From NCBI GenBank assembly GCA_025558095.1, contig JAIVFI010000004.1:893335-957334 (forward strand): a stretch of 64,000 nt of DNA. Direction: 5' to 3'. A program made the position numbers and the translations under genes. Below are positions 47,544 to 60,158 of the stretch, piece by piece. Below the pieces are notes generated by a model, which saw only the letters and a list, made by a program, of their open reading frames with translations, was not told where the DNA came from and ran no database searches. This stretch comes from Hyaloraphidium curvatum SAG 235-1 (taxonomy: Eukaryota > Fungi > Monoblepharomycota). Position 1 is the first letter of the stretch, and every line of letters starts with the position of its first letter.

Positions 47544-49662
47544 ATGGCCCAGAAAGGGACGCCCTCGCCCGTCGGCGCGACGCTGCGCGACGGCGGCGCC
47601 AACTTCTCGCTCTTTTCGCGGTCGGCGACCAAGGTCGAGCTCGTCCTGTTCGACGGCGACGCGCCGACGGAGACGATCGAGCTCGACTCCAACGAGAACC
47701 GCACGTACCATTATTGGCACGTCTTTGTCCCCGGCGTGAAGCACGGGCAGCTGTACGGATACCGCGTGTACGGCCGGAGCGACCCCGAGCGCGGGCTCGC
47801 GTTCAACCCGAGCAAGATCCTGCTGGACCCGTACGGGCGGGGCGTCCACATCCCGGACTCGTACGACCCCAAGCTCGCGACGGGGGACGCGGACAATGCC
47901 GCGGCGGCGATGAAGTCGGTCGTGGTCGACGTGTCGGGGTACGACTGGGGCGACGACGCGTTCCCGCGCACCCCGGCCGCGCAGACGGTCATCTACGAGA
48001 TGCACGCCGCGGGCTTCACCAAGAACCCCAACTCGGGCGTCGCCGAGGAGCTGCGGGGGACGTACCGCGGGATGATCGAGAAGGTCCCGTACCTCCGCGA
48101 GCTGGGCGTGACGGCCGTCGAGCTGCTCCCCGTGCACGCGTTCGACCCCAAGGCCGCGCCCAGAGGGGTCAACTACTGGGGATACCAGAGCATCGGGTTC
48201 TTTGCCCCGCACCCGCTCTTCGCCGCCGACAAATCGCCCGGCGGCGCGGTGGACGAGTTCCGCGACCTCGTCAAGGCGCTGCACAAGGCCGGCATCGAGG
48301 TCATCCTGGACGTGGTGTTCAACCACACCGCCGAGGGCGGCGACGACGGCCCCTTCCTGTCCTTCCGCGGCATCGACCAGGCCGCCTACTACATCCTCTC
48401 GCCCGAGGGCAGCCACACCAACTACTCGGGCTGCGGAAACACCTTCAGCGGCAACAACGCCATCGCGCGGCGGCTGATCGTCGACTCGCTCGTGTACTGG
48501 GTCAAGGAGCTGCACGTGGACGGTTTCAGGTTCGACCTGGCATCGATCCTGACGAGGGACGAGTGCGGCCACCCGGTCGACAACCCGCCGGTGCTGTGGG
48601 ACATCGAGACGTGCCCGGAGCTGGCGGGGACCAAGCTGATTGCCGAGGCGTGGGACGCGGGGGGGCTGTATCAGGTCGGCTCGTTCGTGGGGGACTACTG
48701 GCGCGAGTGGAACGGGAGGTGGGCCGGCGTGCGGCAAATGCGGTGCCGTGGGGTCCTGATCGTCCCCTCCCCGCGCGTGCAGATTCCGGGACGAAGCGCG
48801 CGACTTTTTCCGCGGCATGCCCGGGGCCGTGCAGCGCTTCGCGGACCGGCTGCTTGGCAGCGTCGAGATCTACGCGCACGAGAACCGCGAGCCGGAGCAG
48901 TCCGTCAATTTTGTCGCCTGCCACGACGGGTTCACGCTCAACGACGTGGTCACGTACGACAACAAGCACAACGAAGCCAACGGCGAGGACAACAGGGACG
49001 GGTCGGACGACAACAAGTCGTGGAACTGCGGCGTGGAGGGCCCCACGGACGACCCCAAGATCGAGGCCCTGCGCAACAGGCAGGTCAAGAACTTCCTCGC
49101 CGTGACCATCATGGCCATCGGCCTGCCGATGATCTACATGGGCGACGAGGTGCGGCACACGCAGAAGGGCAACAACAATTGCTACGCCATGGACAACGAG
49201 CTGTCGTGGTTCGACTGGGACGACCTGGCGAGGCACCCGGACGTGCTGCGGTTCACCAAGCTGCTGATCAAGCGGCGGGTCACGCGCACCGTGGAGCACG
49301 AGCGCAGGCGGATGACGCTGTCGGACCTCATGTCGCGGGCCAAGATCACGTGGCACGGGGTGGAGCTCAACCAGCCGGACTGGTCGCAGTCCTCGCGCGC
49401 CGTGGCGCTCGAGCTGCTGACCCGCACGGGCGGGTTCAACGCGTACATGATCTTCAACTCGTTCTGGGAGCAGCTTGATTTTGAGCTGCCGCCGGCGCCG
49501 GCGGACAGGCCGTGGAAGCTGTGGTTCGACACGTTCCTGCCGACCGGGGAGGACATTGTGGACTTTGAGGCGGCGAGGCCGTTCACCGGGAAGGAGTACC
49601 CGGCGGGGCCGCGTTCGGTGGTGTTCCTGTTCCACGACCTCGAGCCAGAGTCGTTCGAGTGA
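47544..49662 (+). CDS. glgX: Glycogen debranching enzyme/isoamylase (GH13, bacterial GlgX type) with one spliceosomal intron (48719-48782)
   Basis: GANFSLFS, YGYRVYG, LLDPYG, IYEMH..GFT, NYWGY, DVVFNHTAEG, DGFRFDLASIL (catalytic D), IAEAWD (catalytic E), WNGR|FRD, NFVACHDGFTLND and GNNNCY..DNELSWFDW. Confidence 0.95.
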
Positions 49663-49948
49663 TCTTTTTGGGGCGGGCGTCACATATCGACTATTTGCGA
49701 GTGTATATGGAGACCAGGGATGGGCAATGAAAGTTATCCGAGGCGCAAGGTAGCTGTTGATGAATGACTTACTATGATTCGAAACTCCGGCATCCCGCAT
49801 CCGGCGGCCACAGGTCCGGGCGGGGAGGAACCCGAGCGTTCATGGAGTTGCTCGATCGCGCGATCCCGGCCGGCCAACTCCCCGCCTCGCCGACGAACGG
49901 CGCACTCAACGCGCCCGCCGCCTTTCCCAGCCGCCTCTCTCGCTCGGA

Positions 49949-52900
49949 ATGGACGTCAGCGTGTCGCCCGCGGCGGCGGCCGGCGGCGCGGCGGCGCCCT
50001 CCGCGGCGCGGCCCGCGCCCGTCGTGACGTTCGCCGGCGATTCCGCTTCGGAGGACGAGGCGCCGGAAAGACGCCCGCTGCTGCGCAAAAACCACGCGAC
50101 CGCGCCGGCGCGCGTGCGGAGGCCGTCCTCCTCTTCACTGAGTGCCCCGGTGCTCCCCGAGAAGCGCCCCGCGTCGGCGTGGCAGATCGTCAAACTGGTG
50201 CTGTGGGCGACCGGCGTGGTGCTCACCGTGCTGCTGCTGCTGCTGGCACTCAGGCTCGGCGCCGTGGCCGGCGGCGGCGGGTCGGGTGGAGGCGGCGGCG
50301 GGACTTCGCCGGGAGGTGCGTTCGCGGTTCCTGCACAGGGAGACGCGTCGGTTGACCGATCTTTCTCGTGATTTCCTCTCCAAAAATCATCAACTTCCCT
50401 CATTTACATCTGCAACGCATCTGCAGACCCGGGGGTGCCCGCCGGCCCGTGGTTCCCGCCGGGGCACAACCTCTCCACTGCGCCAGTGGCCTACGACGGC
50501 CGCTCCCTCTTCATCGACGGCGAACGCGTCATCCTCATCTGCGGCGCCGTGCACTACCCGCGCAGCCACGAGTCCGAGTGGCGGGGCATCATGAAGGCCG
50601 CCAAGGAGGTGGGCGGCAGCCGCGAGTGCCACGCCCTCCCAGGGAGCTCACCCGCCGCCGTGCACCTTTCCAGGGCGGCCTCAACTGCATCGAGACCCTC
50701 GTCTTCTGGAACCTCCACGAGCCGTCCTACCGCGAGTACGACTGGCGCACCGGCAACCGCGACCTCGCGGGCTTCCTCCGCACCGCCCAGGAGGAAGGCC
50801 TGTACGTCGTCCTCCGGCTCGGGCCGTACATCTGCGGGGAGTGGAACTACGGCGGCATCCCGGCTTGGCTGCTGTCGCGGAAGCTGTTCCCCGACGGGGT
50901 GCAGTTCAGGACCTACAACAAGGCGTGGATGAGCGAGTCGCGCACCTTCATGGAGGCCGCGCTGGCGGTCGCAAGGCCGTTCCTGCGCACCGAGCGCGGC
51001 GGGGGGCCGGTGGTGCTGCTGCAGATCGAGAACGAGTACGGGTGGCTGGAGGACTTCAACGGCGAGGCGGGGCGGAAGTACGCGGACTGGTGCGCCGCGA
51101 CGGGGAGGGAGATGGTGCCGGAGCTGCCGTGGTTCATGTGCGCGCAGGACAACAGGGAGGACGTGATGAACACCTGGTGGGTGGCGGCCGGGCTCGTCGG
51201 AATCTCACGAGGTTCTGACTACGTGCTCTACGTCATCGCACAGCAACGGATTCTATTGCGACCAGGTACTGCGTCTGCCTTGCCGTTCCGGAGCCCGCTC
51301 ACCGCGACCGTCCCGCAGTGGATCAACGGCCACCGTGCGCGGCACCCGCACCAGCCTCCCATCTGGACCGAGGCCTGGTCCGGCTGGTTCCAGAAGTGGG
51401 GCGAGCCCAAGCCCGTCCGCCCCGCCGAGGACCTCGCCTTTGCGGTCGCCAGGTGGTTCGCCTACGGCGGCGCGGGGATCAACTACTACGTGGGTCGCCC
51501 GATCCGCGCGAACGCGCCTTTGCTGATCTTCCCGCCCCTCATCTTCCCGCCCGCGAACCAGATGTACTACGGCGGCACCAACTTTGGCCGCACCGCCGGC
51601 GGCCCCCTCATCACTTCATCGTACGACTACGACGCCCCCATCCGCGAGACCGCGCACCTCCCCGCGGTCCCCAAGCACGCGCACCTGGCCGCGCTGCACC
51701 GCCTCGTGCAGGCGCACGCGCCCGCGCTTCTGTGGTCCCCTCCGGCGTCGCCCAAGGGGGAGATCGTTCTGCTCAGCGCGCAAGGGCACGGCAAGGAGGT
51801 TTACGGGAACTGGCTCGAGGTGCACGTGTTCGGGGACCCGGCCGAGGAGTCGCAGACGGGGCAGGTCGCGTTCCTGTCCAACATCGCGGCGGACGGGCAG
51901 GCCGAGGTCGAGTGGCGCGGGGTCAAGGTCAACCTCAAGGCGTGGAGCGTGGTCGTCCTGACCCGCGCGGCCAAGGGCCCGTGGACGGTGCGGTACGACA
52001 GCTCGGACGCCAAGGAAAAGGCCGACAAGAAACCCCCGCCGCCGGCGAAGCGCACCCCCTCGGCGGTGTTCTCCGCCCCCGAGCCGGTGGTCGGCCTGCC
52101 CGAGGGCTACCCCCCCGACCCGCGCAAGCCGCGCTCGCGCACGATCCGCAACGCGGAGCAGGTGCGCAACACCCTCGACGCGAGCGACTACCAGCTCCAC
52201 CGGCTGCTCTACACCCCGCCCGCGGGCGAGCGGCGCGGGCTCCGCTTCGAGATCACCCTCACGGGGGTGGCCGAGCTGGGCTACGTCTACGTGGCCAACG
52301 GGACCTGCGGCGGGTGTTCGGGCGGGGGCAACCTCGCGTGCCGGTGCCATGTGTACGGTCCGGCGGCGCTGGCGAGGCGGCAGGAAGGCGACGATCCGGT
52401 GCCGGTACCCCCCGAGCCGCGGCCGCCGTCGGACGTGCCGGCCGATGTGGGGGTGCTCACCTGCACGGTCGGGCTGGACAACTACGGGGCCAGGCTGGAG
52501 GAGGTGGCAAAGGGGATCACGGGCAAGGTGGAGGTCGACGGGGTGGACGTGGGTGGGATGGAGTGGAAGGTCTACGCGGGGCTCTACGGGGAGGCGATGC
52601 AGGTTGGTGGTGCTCTGGGATGTCGTCCTGTCCCCTCGCTGACCTCCCGGATTCTCCACCAACAGTTCTACGACCCCGCCAAGTACCCCATCCTCGCGGG
52701 CGCCCACGCCAACCGCACCTTCAACCCCTGGCTCCCTCACCGCACGCCCTACATCCCCGGCCACCCCCCCGCCTGGTTCCGCCTCTCCTTCCCGCCCCTG
52801 CCCGCCAAGCCCGCCGACGCACCCGTCTTCCTGGACCTCTCGGACATGGGCAAGGGCTTCGCGTGGATCAACGGCCACCCCCTGGGGCGCTACTGGAACG

Positions 52901-53217
52901 CCACGAGCGCCTCGTCGTTCGCCGTGCCCGCCCAACCGCTCGGGGAGCGCGAACGGCTGGCCTGGCGCGCGGCGCACGGGTACGACCTCCCGCCCACCCC
53001 CGACGCGCAGGCCGCCACGAAGCCCGGGCCGGCGTGCGACTACCGCGGCCCCTTCGACCCGTGGAAGTGCGCCCGCGGGCGGGGGCAGGAGTCGCAGGGG
53101 CTGCTGTACGTGCCGCGGGCGTGGGTGCAGGGCGGGGCCGAGGTGGTGCTGTTCGAGGAGGTGCCGGCGGGGTTGGACCCGGGGAGCGTGAGGATGCAGG
53201 TGGGCGAGGGGGCTTGA
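49949..53217 (+). CDS. GH35 beta-galactosidase, type II membrane-anchored, multi-exon
   Basis: TM LVLWATGVVLTVLLLLLAL. Motifs YDGRSLFIDG, GAVHYPRS, FWNLHEP, RLGPYICGEWNYGG, QIENEYG (acid/base), NT|CNGFYCD, WTEAWSGWF (nucleophile), MYYGGTNFGRTAGG, SYDYDAPI and MGKGFAWINGHPLGRYW. Confidence 0.92.
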
Positions 53218-53404
53218 TTGGTTGCGTTCGGGCGCGGGTGCGCGGGGATCGGGGACCGGGGCGGCATTGGAGGCGGGAGCGCGGGCTCCGCGGTGTATAC
53301 CAGTGGGTTGGGTAGACGGACCGACGGCGATCATCGTCCGGACGCTGGTCGGTTGGCGTGTGCATGTTCGCTGCCGATAAATCCGCCCAGGAGGCACGAC
53401 GGAC

Positions 53405-55071
53405 CTAGGCCACCGGGCACGCGCTCTCGAGCGTGACAAACACCCCCAGCCCCCGCAGGATGCCCCACAGCCCCACGACGACGGTCAGCGCGGTGAAGAG
53501 CAGCGTCCGCAGCGCGGAAAACGACACGGCGAAGCCCATGAACCGCGCCGTGAGGCCCGGATCTCCGACGAAGGCGTCGATCGCGGCGAGGTGAGTGCGC
53601 ACGCGGCCCTGCGCGTCCAGGTCGTGCGGGGACGAGGCGGGCGGGGCGGAGAGGAGCAGGTCGCGGAGGGAGGAGGCGGCGGTGCGGTAGAGGTCCGCCA
53701 CGGCGTCGGCCTCGCGGTTGGCCAGCGCCGTCTGCGCCAGGTCGTGCGCCAGGACGGCGAGCTGCCACGCCCCGCTCGCGAGCCCCCAGAGCGGGATGCA
53801 TCCCGACGCGGCGGCGCAGACGATGCCGACGAGGAAGACGTCCGCGACGAGGGTGACGGCGACGACGGTGCGGAGCGAGGCGGCGCCGCGGTTGCGCGCG
53901 CGGACGTGCGCGGCAAAGGCGCGGGAGAGGCGTGCGTATTCGAGGTCCGCGCCCGGAGGTTCCGAGGGCGGCAAGTCGCCGCGGTGATGCAGGGATGCGG
54001 CGCAACGAGAGACGAGGTCGTCGAGTGCCAGGGAGGCGGCGCGGCGGCGGAGGCGGAGGTCCAGGCGGATCGGGACGAGGTTGAGGTGCCAGAACCAGAG
54101 ATTGAGGTAGTTGGATGTGAGCACGGCCACCTGAATGGCGACTGCAAAGAGCATCGCGTGAGAGTGCACCCGATCGCGCAGTGCGACGGGCACCCACGTC
54201 CCACGGAGGCAAACGCCGCCGCCCACCACGTCGCCCAGAAGGCGCTCCCCAGGGTCACCCACAGCGTCCAGAACCTGGCCACCGGCCAGACGTACAAACC
54301 GATGGGCACCTCGAGCGCGATGCTGAGGGAGCGCAGGATGCCGTCCGTGCGGGGGTAGGTGCCGCAGCATCCGGGGCGCGGGCACGGGCATAGCGGGTCG
54401 CGAGGCTGGTGGCGGACGAGGGGCGGGGAGGGGTCGGGGGTGGCACCGGTGCCGAGGCCGGTGAGGAGCATCCAGCGGAACAGGCCGCCCAGGACGTGGT
54501 CGTCGAATGTCTGCTCGGGGGCCGCCGGGGCCTGTCCTTTGCCGAGTTCCTCGTCCTTGCCGGCTTCGCCCTGCGCGCCCTCGGGGTCCGCGGAGGTACC
54601 GCCACCATCCAACGAGAAAAGGCGGAAGCCGGTGACGCTCCAGTCCCAGATGACGCAGTCCGCCGCGAACGCTGCGGTGGCTGCGGCCAGGCTCCCCGTC
54701 GAGAAGCGCCCCGTCGGCGGTGCAAAGTGCCACAGCAGCCCCCACATCGGGATTTGGATCGCGTCCCACGGCAGCCGGTGGTACGCCGACACGGGCAGCG
54801 TCAGCCGCGCGAGCCTGAAGAAGGACCGCAGCGCGCCGGCGCGGGCGGCTCCGAGGATGCGCAGCGCCGCGGAATACGTCAGCGGGGCGGCCTGTCGTGC
54901 GGCCGCCCCGCGATCCATCGTCCGATCGTCGGCGGAAGGCGGCGGGAACAGCGCCGCCCATTCGGCGGGCGAGAAGCGGAACGGGGCGTCGGCGTCGGCC
55001 GCTCGCAGAGGTAGCAGCTCCGCGTCATCCCGGCCGTCCGTGCCTTCCGCATCCTCGGCGGGCTCCACCAT
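53405..55071 (-). CDS. Multi-pass membrane protein, candidate 7TM ion channel/gustatory-receptor-like
   Basis: Two ORFs join in frame through intron 54142-54197 (...FASVG|LAIQVAVL). Several hydrophobic helices, a Cys cluster PLCPCPRPGCC, and C-terminal LTARFMGFAVSFSALRTLLFTALTVVVGLWGILRG. Confidence 0.7.
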
Positions 55072-55545
55072 GCTCAGGCCAAAGAGTTACGTCACGCTAC
55101 GCCCGCGGGTCGGGGCTGTGGAAGCGCGCCACCCCGGAGGCATTTGGTTGTCCTCAGGCTCTCCCCCGGCCGATCGGGCAGAAGCTTCCCCAATCGCCCC
55201 GATACCTGCGTGCCCATCCTGTTCCATCCGGTCCCGAAGTAGCAAAGCGGATGGCTTAAAGCCTGCTGGCTTGCTTTTGTCCCGTTGCCGTCGACTGGTC
55301 CCGGCAAACCCCGAGGTGGAAGGAGGCATCGGGGAAACCGGCATCCGGAGTTCAATCCAGGCATCGAATCGCATCCAGCACTTAATCATCCGTGTCGTTC
55401 CGAACGGGTCTCCTTCCGGATAGTCGGATGAACGGGGCCAGGCCCGCAAGCGAAGCCCCGATCCCGCGATCGCCGCGCGCAAGGCCAGCGCGGTCAGGGC
55501 CCCCTCACAAACTCCGGAATCGGCGCAACAGGGCAGCCAACGACG

Positions 55546-56180
55546 ATGCCGACCGACCGTGGGTCTCCACGCATGAGCTGCGTGCGCCGGCTGACGCGAT
55601 TCGCTGCCCGCGGCCGTTTCGGGGCTGCCTCTCCCCGGCGTGTCTCCCCCTCCGGACGCGCCCCTCCGTTCTCCCCGCGCCCGCTCCCGCTCCCGCCGAA
55701 TAGTGGAAGTCGCCAACGCGTACTTCAAGTGCCGCCTGGCCAACGACGTCAACGGCGCGCTGGCGCTCGTGACCGACGGTGGGCGCCGAACGCACCCTGC
55801 CGGCGAACGGAACAGCGGGCTGACCCGCAGCGGCAGACGTGGTGCTCGAGTCCTCGCGAGACGGCAAGTTCTCGGGCAAGGAGGAGCTCAAGAGTGCGTC
55901 CCCGCCCGGCGGCGCCGAGGCCCGGAAGGCCCGCTGATCCCGTTCCGGCAGAGTACCTCGAAAAGACCCCGCCGACCGGGACCTGGGACGAGGCAGCCAC
56001 CCTCGAGGTACCTCCGCTGCTGCCGATCCGCCCGATGGCCGGTTCGCTGACGACGGGACGCAGGACGGCCACCCGGTGATCAAGGGCAAGGTCAAGTTCA
56101 TGTTCATCCCCGTGAGCGTCAAGGCGACCTTCACTATCCGGGACGGCAAGGTGGCGCACATCACCATCGGGCAGGCTTGA
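55546..56180 (+). CDS. Small NTF2/SnoaL-like protein (5 exons)
   Basis: Spliced: MPTD|LEVANAYFKCRLANDVNGALALVTD|DVVLESSRDGKFSGKEELK|KYLEKTPPTGTWDEAATLE|DGHPVIKGKVKFMFIPVSVKATFTIRDGKVAHITIGQA*. First exon is least certain. Confidence 0.7.
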
Positions 56181-56638
56181 TGTGGGATACGGATTGGGAG
56201 GAGGGGTGGGGAACGGGCGAGTGAGAGGTGGGGCGCGAAGTGCGGTGGTGGGACGGGGGCGTAGGCGGGGGAAATCATCGGCCGCGACTCTTTAGGGTGG
56301 TGAATCCAAGTGCCACCCCTCGAAGCAGACCACATCGGGGGCTCATCCTCGTCGAGGAATCGACTCGGTCGCCGCGCCTGACCAGGTTGCCGGTCTTTGG
56401 CCATCTCCGCCTCACCCCAGATGCCGTCGCACCCGCCAGTTGCGACGCTGCATGCGCCGGAAGCGGAGCTCGCAATCATAGTTAATGGAGAGTGGCAGTC
56501 TGCAGGCGATGCGATACCGCGAGCGGGCTGGCCGGGGCTGGTGTTTCCGCCGAACCGACTACGGCGGTGCTGCTTCCCTGAACGTTCCACTCCGTCCACC
56601 GACGCCCTCCATCGCCGACGCATCTCATCGCTCCCGCC

Positions 56639-57228
56639 ATGCCCTCCCCGCCGCCCTCCGCCGACGACCGCGCGCTCGCCTACGCGTGGGCCGGCCTCGC
56701 TTCCCTCGGCGCGCGCCTCCCCGCGTCCGTCACCTTCTCGCGCATCCGCGCCGCGCTCTCCCCGATCGCTTCCCGCGGCAACCGCTGCACGCTCGAATAC
56801 GCCGTGCCCCCCTCCGAGGACAACGGGTTCGGCGCGATGTACGGCGGGTCGACGGTCTGCCTGGTCGACTACGCGACGTCGCTGGCGCTGCTCCTGGACG
56901 GCGCGGGGCACGCGGGGGCCAGCCTCGACATCCAGGTGCAGTTCGTCGGGTTCGCGAGGGTGGGGGAGGTGCTGGTGGTGAAGGCGTGGGTGGACAGGAA
57001 AACCAGGACGGCGGCGTTTGCCAGGTGCGAGGTCAGGAAGAAGGGTGGGTGCGCCGGGGCGGGCCGCAGACGGGATGCGAGTTGACGCATCGCGATCGTG
57101 CCGGTGAAGGTGTGGAGGGAGAGGCGGTGCTCGTGGCGACGGCGAGCCACACCAAGGCGATCATGAACACGCCGCAGGTGGAGCCGGCGGAGTGGTACCG
57201 CGGCCCGGGGAGCAAGGCCACGATGTGA
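56639..57228 (+). CDS. Hotdog-fold acyl-CoA thioesterase (PaaI/ACOT13-like)
   Basis: NGFGAMYGGSTVCLVD (N..G.(L/M)HGG.....D), GASLDIQVQFV..AR.GE.L and LVATASHTK. One intron. Confidence 0.85.
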
Positions 57229-57650
57229 TACGCCGAAGCGAATCATGTACAGAGTCGATACCAGCAACTCGTTCTGCACCTTCCCGAGAACCGAGGCGCT
57301 CGGGTCCCTCCCTCGACCGGCACCTTGGGCACTTCCCGCGCGGGCGATGGCTCCTTCTGCGTCCCAAATAACATCGTCTGCCCCTTCCGAAACCCCACCT
57401 TCCTAACCGTCCCGCTCCGCAGCCGCTCGTCCGCGATCCGCACCGCCCGAGGTGCCTCTCCCAACACTCCTGCCGGCCGGAGGACGCCGAGACGGGTTCT
57501 CGGGCTCCAGCCGTGCAATCAGTATCACCTTCTCGCCATTCGGTAGCGCCGTTTCCCTCCCCGGTCGCTCCAGCTCGGGAGATTCGCCCATGATGGTGGT
57601 CGGGCCAGCGTCCGCTCTCAGCACCAACCGCAACCTTTCCCTCCCCAAAC

Positions 57651-59948
57651 ATGGCGCCCGTGCGCGTCGTCGAGCCCATCAAGGTGGCCGTGCGCGTGCG
57701 CCCCGCGCTCGGCGGAGAGGACACCGAGGGCTGCGTGGTCGTGGAGGAAGGCGGGTGGCCGCCGGCGCCGGGGACCGCCGTCCCTCACCGTCCCTCCCGC
57801 AGACGGCAAAGTGGTGCTGCACTTCCCCTCCAACCCACTGGTGCCGCCTTCGCCCTCCCAGGCGGCGGCAAGCGCGGGGACGGGCGTCCCGGGGGGCACG
57901 GCGTCCAAGAGGTTCGCGTACGACCGCGCGTTCGGGCCCGACGCGGGGCAGGAACGGGTGTACGCCGAGCACGTGGCTGAAGTCGTCGACGGCGCGCTGG
58001 AGGGCTGGAAGGGGACGATCATCGCCTACGGGGCCACGGGCAGCGGTGGGCTGCTCCCGACCCGGACCCCTCGATTTTGATCCGACCCCGCTTCGCCCCG
58101 GTTTAGGAAAAACCCGGACGATCCTCGGGGACGCCGCCGACCTCGCCGCTCTGCTCGACGACTCGTGCCCCTTTGCGGTCGGCGACGCGCTGGGCATCGT
58201 GCCGCGCGCCGTGCGCGACGTCTTCCATGGCTTCGAGCTCAGGGGGATCCGCGGCGGCGCCGTCGGCCTGTCCTACCTCGGTGCGCTGGTCTTGCATACA
58301 TCCGACGCCGCTGACCTCACCCACGCCGGCAGAAATCTACAACGAGGAGCTGCTGGACCTCCTGCACGACCCCTCCGCTGGCCCCCCGCCCGCCCTCTCC
58401 ATAACCTCCCTCGGCCCCTCCCCTTCCGTGACCAACCTCTCCCAGGAGCTCCACTCGCACCCCCGCACCCTCCTCCGCTCCATCGTCGCCGCCGCCGCGC
58501 GCCGCAGGCAGCGCGCGACGGACCGGAACGCGCAGAGCAGCAGGGGGCACACGTGGTGCGTCCTGGAGGCGCTGGAGCCCAGGCACGGCGGGGAGGCGGC
58601 GAGGAGGGAGGACTACTTCCAGCTGGGCAAGCTGCAGTTCCTGGACCTGGCGGGGAGCGAGAACGTGGCGAGGAGCGGGGTGCAGGGGCAGGGCGTGCGC
58701 GAGGCGGGGAGCATCAACAAGTCGGTGGGTGTCCCTCATGCAGGCGCCCGTGGCTCCCCCCGCACGACATCAGCCAACCGCTTTCCCCCACGACAGCTCG
58801 TCGCCCTCGGCCGCGTCATCCAGGCCCTCAACCGCAGCGAACCCCACGTCCCGTGGCGCGACGGCTGCGTCACCCGCCTCCTGCAGGACTCGCTGGGCGG
58901 CACCGCGCTGACGGCCTTCATCGCGTGCGTCGGGGGGGACGGCAGGCAGGCGAGCGAGACGTTCAACACGCTCGCGTACGCGGCGGCGGTGCGGCGGATC
59001 GAGAACAGGCCGCAGAGGGGCGGCGAGTACGTCAAGGTGACCTGTCGGGGTCGCTGCAGGCGCTTGTCGGGAGAGCTTACCGGGGTCCCGGGTGCGCAGA
59101 ACGTCGAGCACGCGGCGGGCAAGGTCGCCCAGCTCCGCACCCTGGTCGAGGAGCGCGACGCGACCCTGGCGCAGTACGCGGCGCGGGTGGCGCTGCTCGA
59201 GGGCGAGGTGCGGAGGCTGGCGGGGGAGCTGCGCGCCGAGCGGGAGGAGGTGGGCTGGCCGGCGCGGCCCGGCCTCCATGCGATCGCTGACATTGCCCGC
59301 GGCGGGGGACGCAGAACGCCGAGCGCGCCCGCGCCGCGCGCGCCGCCGTTTCGACCCACGCCGCCTCGCTGTCTTCCCTCCTCGAGGCCCAGCTCGCATC
59401 GTACATGGAGCGGTTCAACGCGGCCGTGGTGGGGTTCGCGGCGGGGCAGCAGGAGATCGCGGGGGCATTCGCGGGGGAGCTGGGGCGGGGGGTCGAGGAG
59501 GGGCTGCAGGTGCTGCGGATCGGGGTTCAGAACAACGACGAAGAGGTGGGCTCGGGATTGCAGCGGGCTTGGCGGGAGAAGGTCTGACCGGAGCCATGTC
59601 CAGGCCCTCGACGACGCTCCCTTGGACCCCCTCGCAGACCTCCCCGCGTTACCGCCCCTCCCCGACCCGCTTACCTCGGACACGCCGCCCAAGACCCCCA
59701 CCCCGCCTCGATCCCCCGTCGCTTCGACTCCCTCGCAGAACCCGCTGCTCTTCTCGCCCACGCGCAAGCCGCGCCCCGCGCCGGCCACGCCGTCGGGCCG
59801 CAAAACGCCCGGGTTCGCCTTCGGAACCGGGACGGGCAGGAAGCCGCCTCTGGCTTTGGCGACGCCGCGGGGGGTGCTGAAGCCGAACAACGCGGAGGAG
59901 GGGACGCCGAGCAAGAAGCGCAAGTTCGAGGCGGGGGCGGCCGAGTGA
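57651..59948 (+). CDS. Kinesin motor protein (kinesin-5/BimC-like, divergent, short stalk)
   Basis: IKVAVRVRP, FAYDRAFGP, TIIAYGATGSG|KT (P-loop), SYL|EIYNEEL.DLL, NAQSSRGH, GKLQFLDLAGSENVARSG, REAGSINKS and TRLLQDSLGG. C-terminal TP sites and SKKRK (NLS-like). Confidence 0.88.
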
Positions 59949-60158
59949 GGTCCGGTGGGGAGCGTGCGAGGGCGGGAGGGCGTGCGGATCAAGATGGCTA
60001 GCCGGATTATCTATCGATTTCGACGGGCGATTGCTGTTTGCGTCTTCCAAGTGCGAGGGATCCGGGGGCGAGATTCGGGGTCTCCTTGGGAGCCGAGTTC
60101 CCGCCGAGCGGACGACAGCCGTTGCCCCCAACTACAACGCGCCTCCCTTTAATCCCGG

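Noticed and set aside
47544-49662. Bacterial contamination or a chimeric contig
   Set aside because: The gene has a canonical intron with host-type signals and host codon bias, and is flanked by intron-rich eukaryotic genes.
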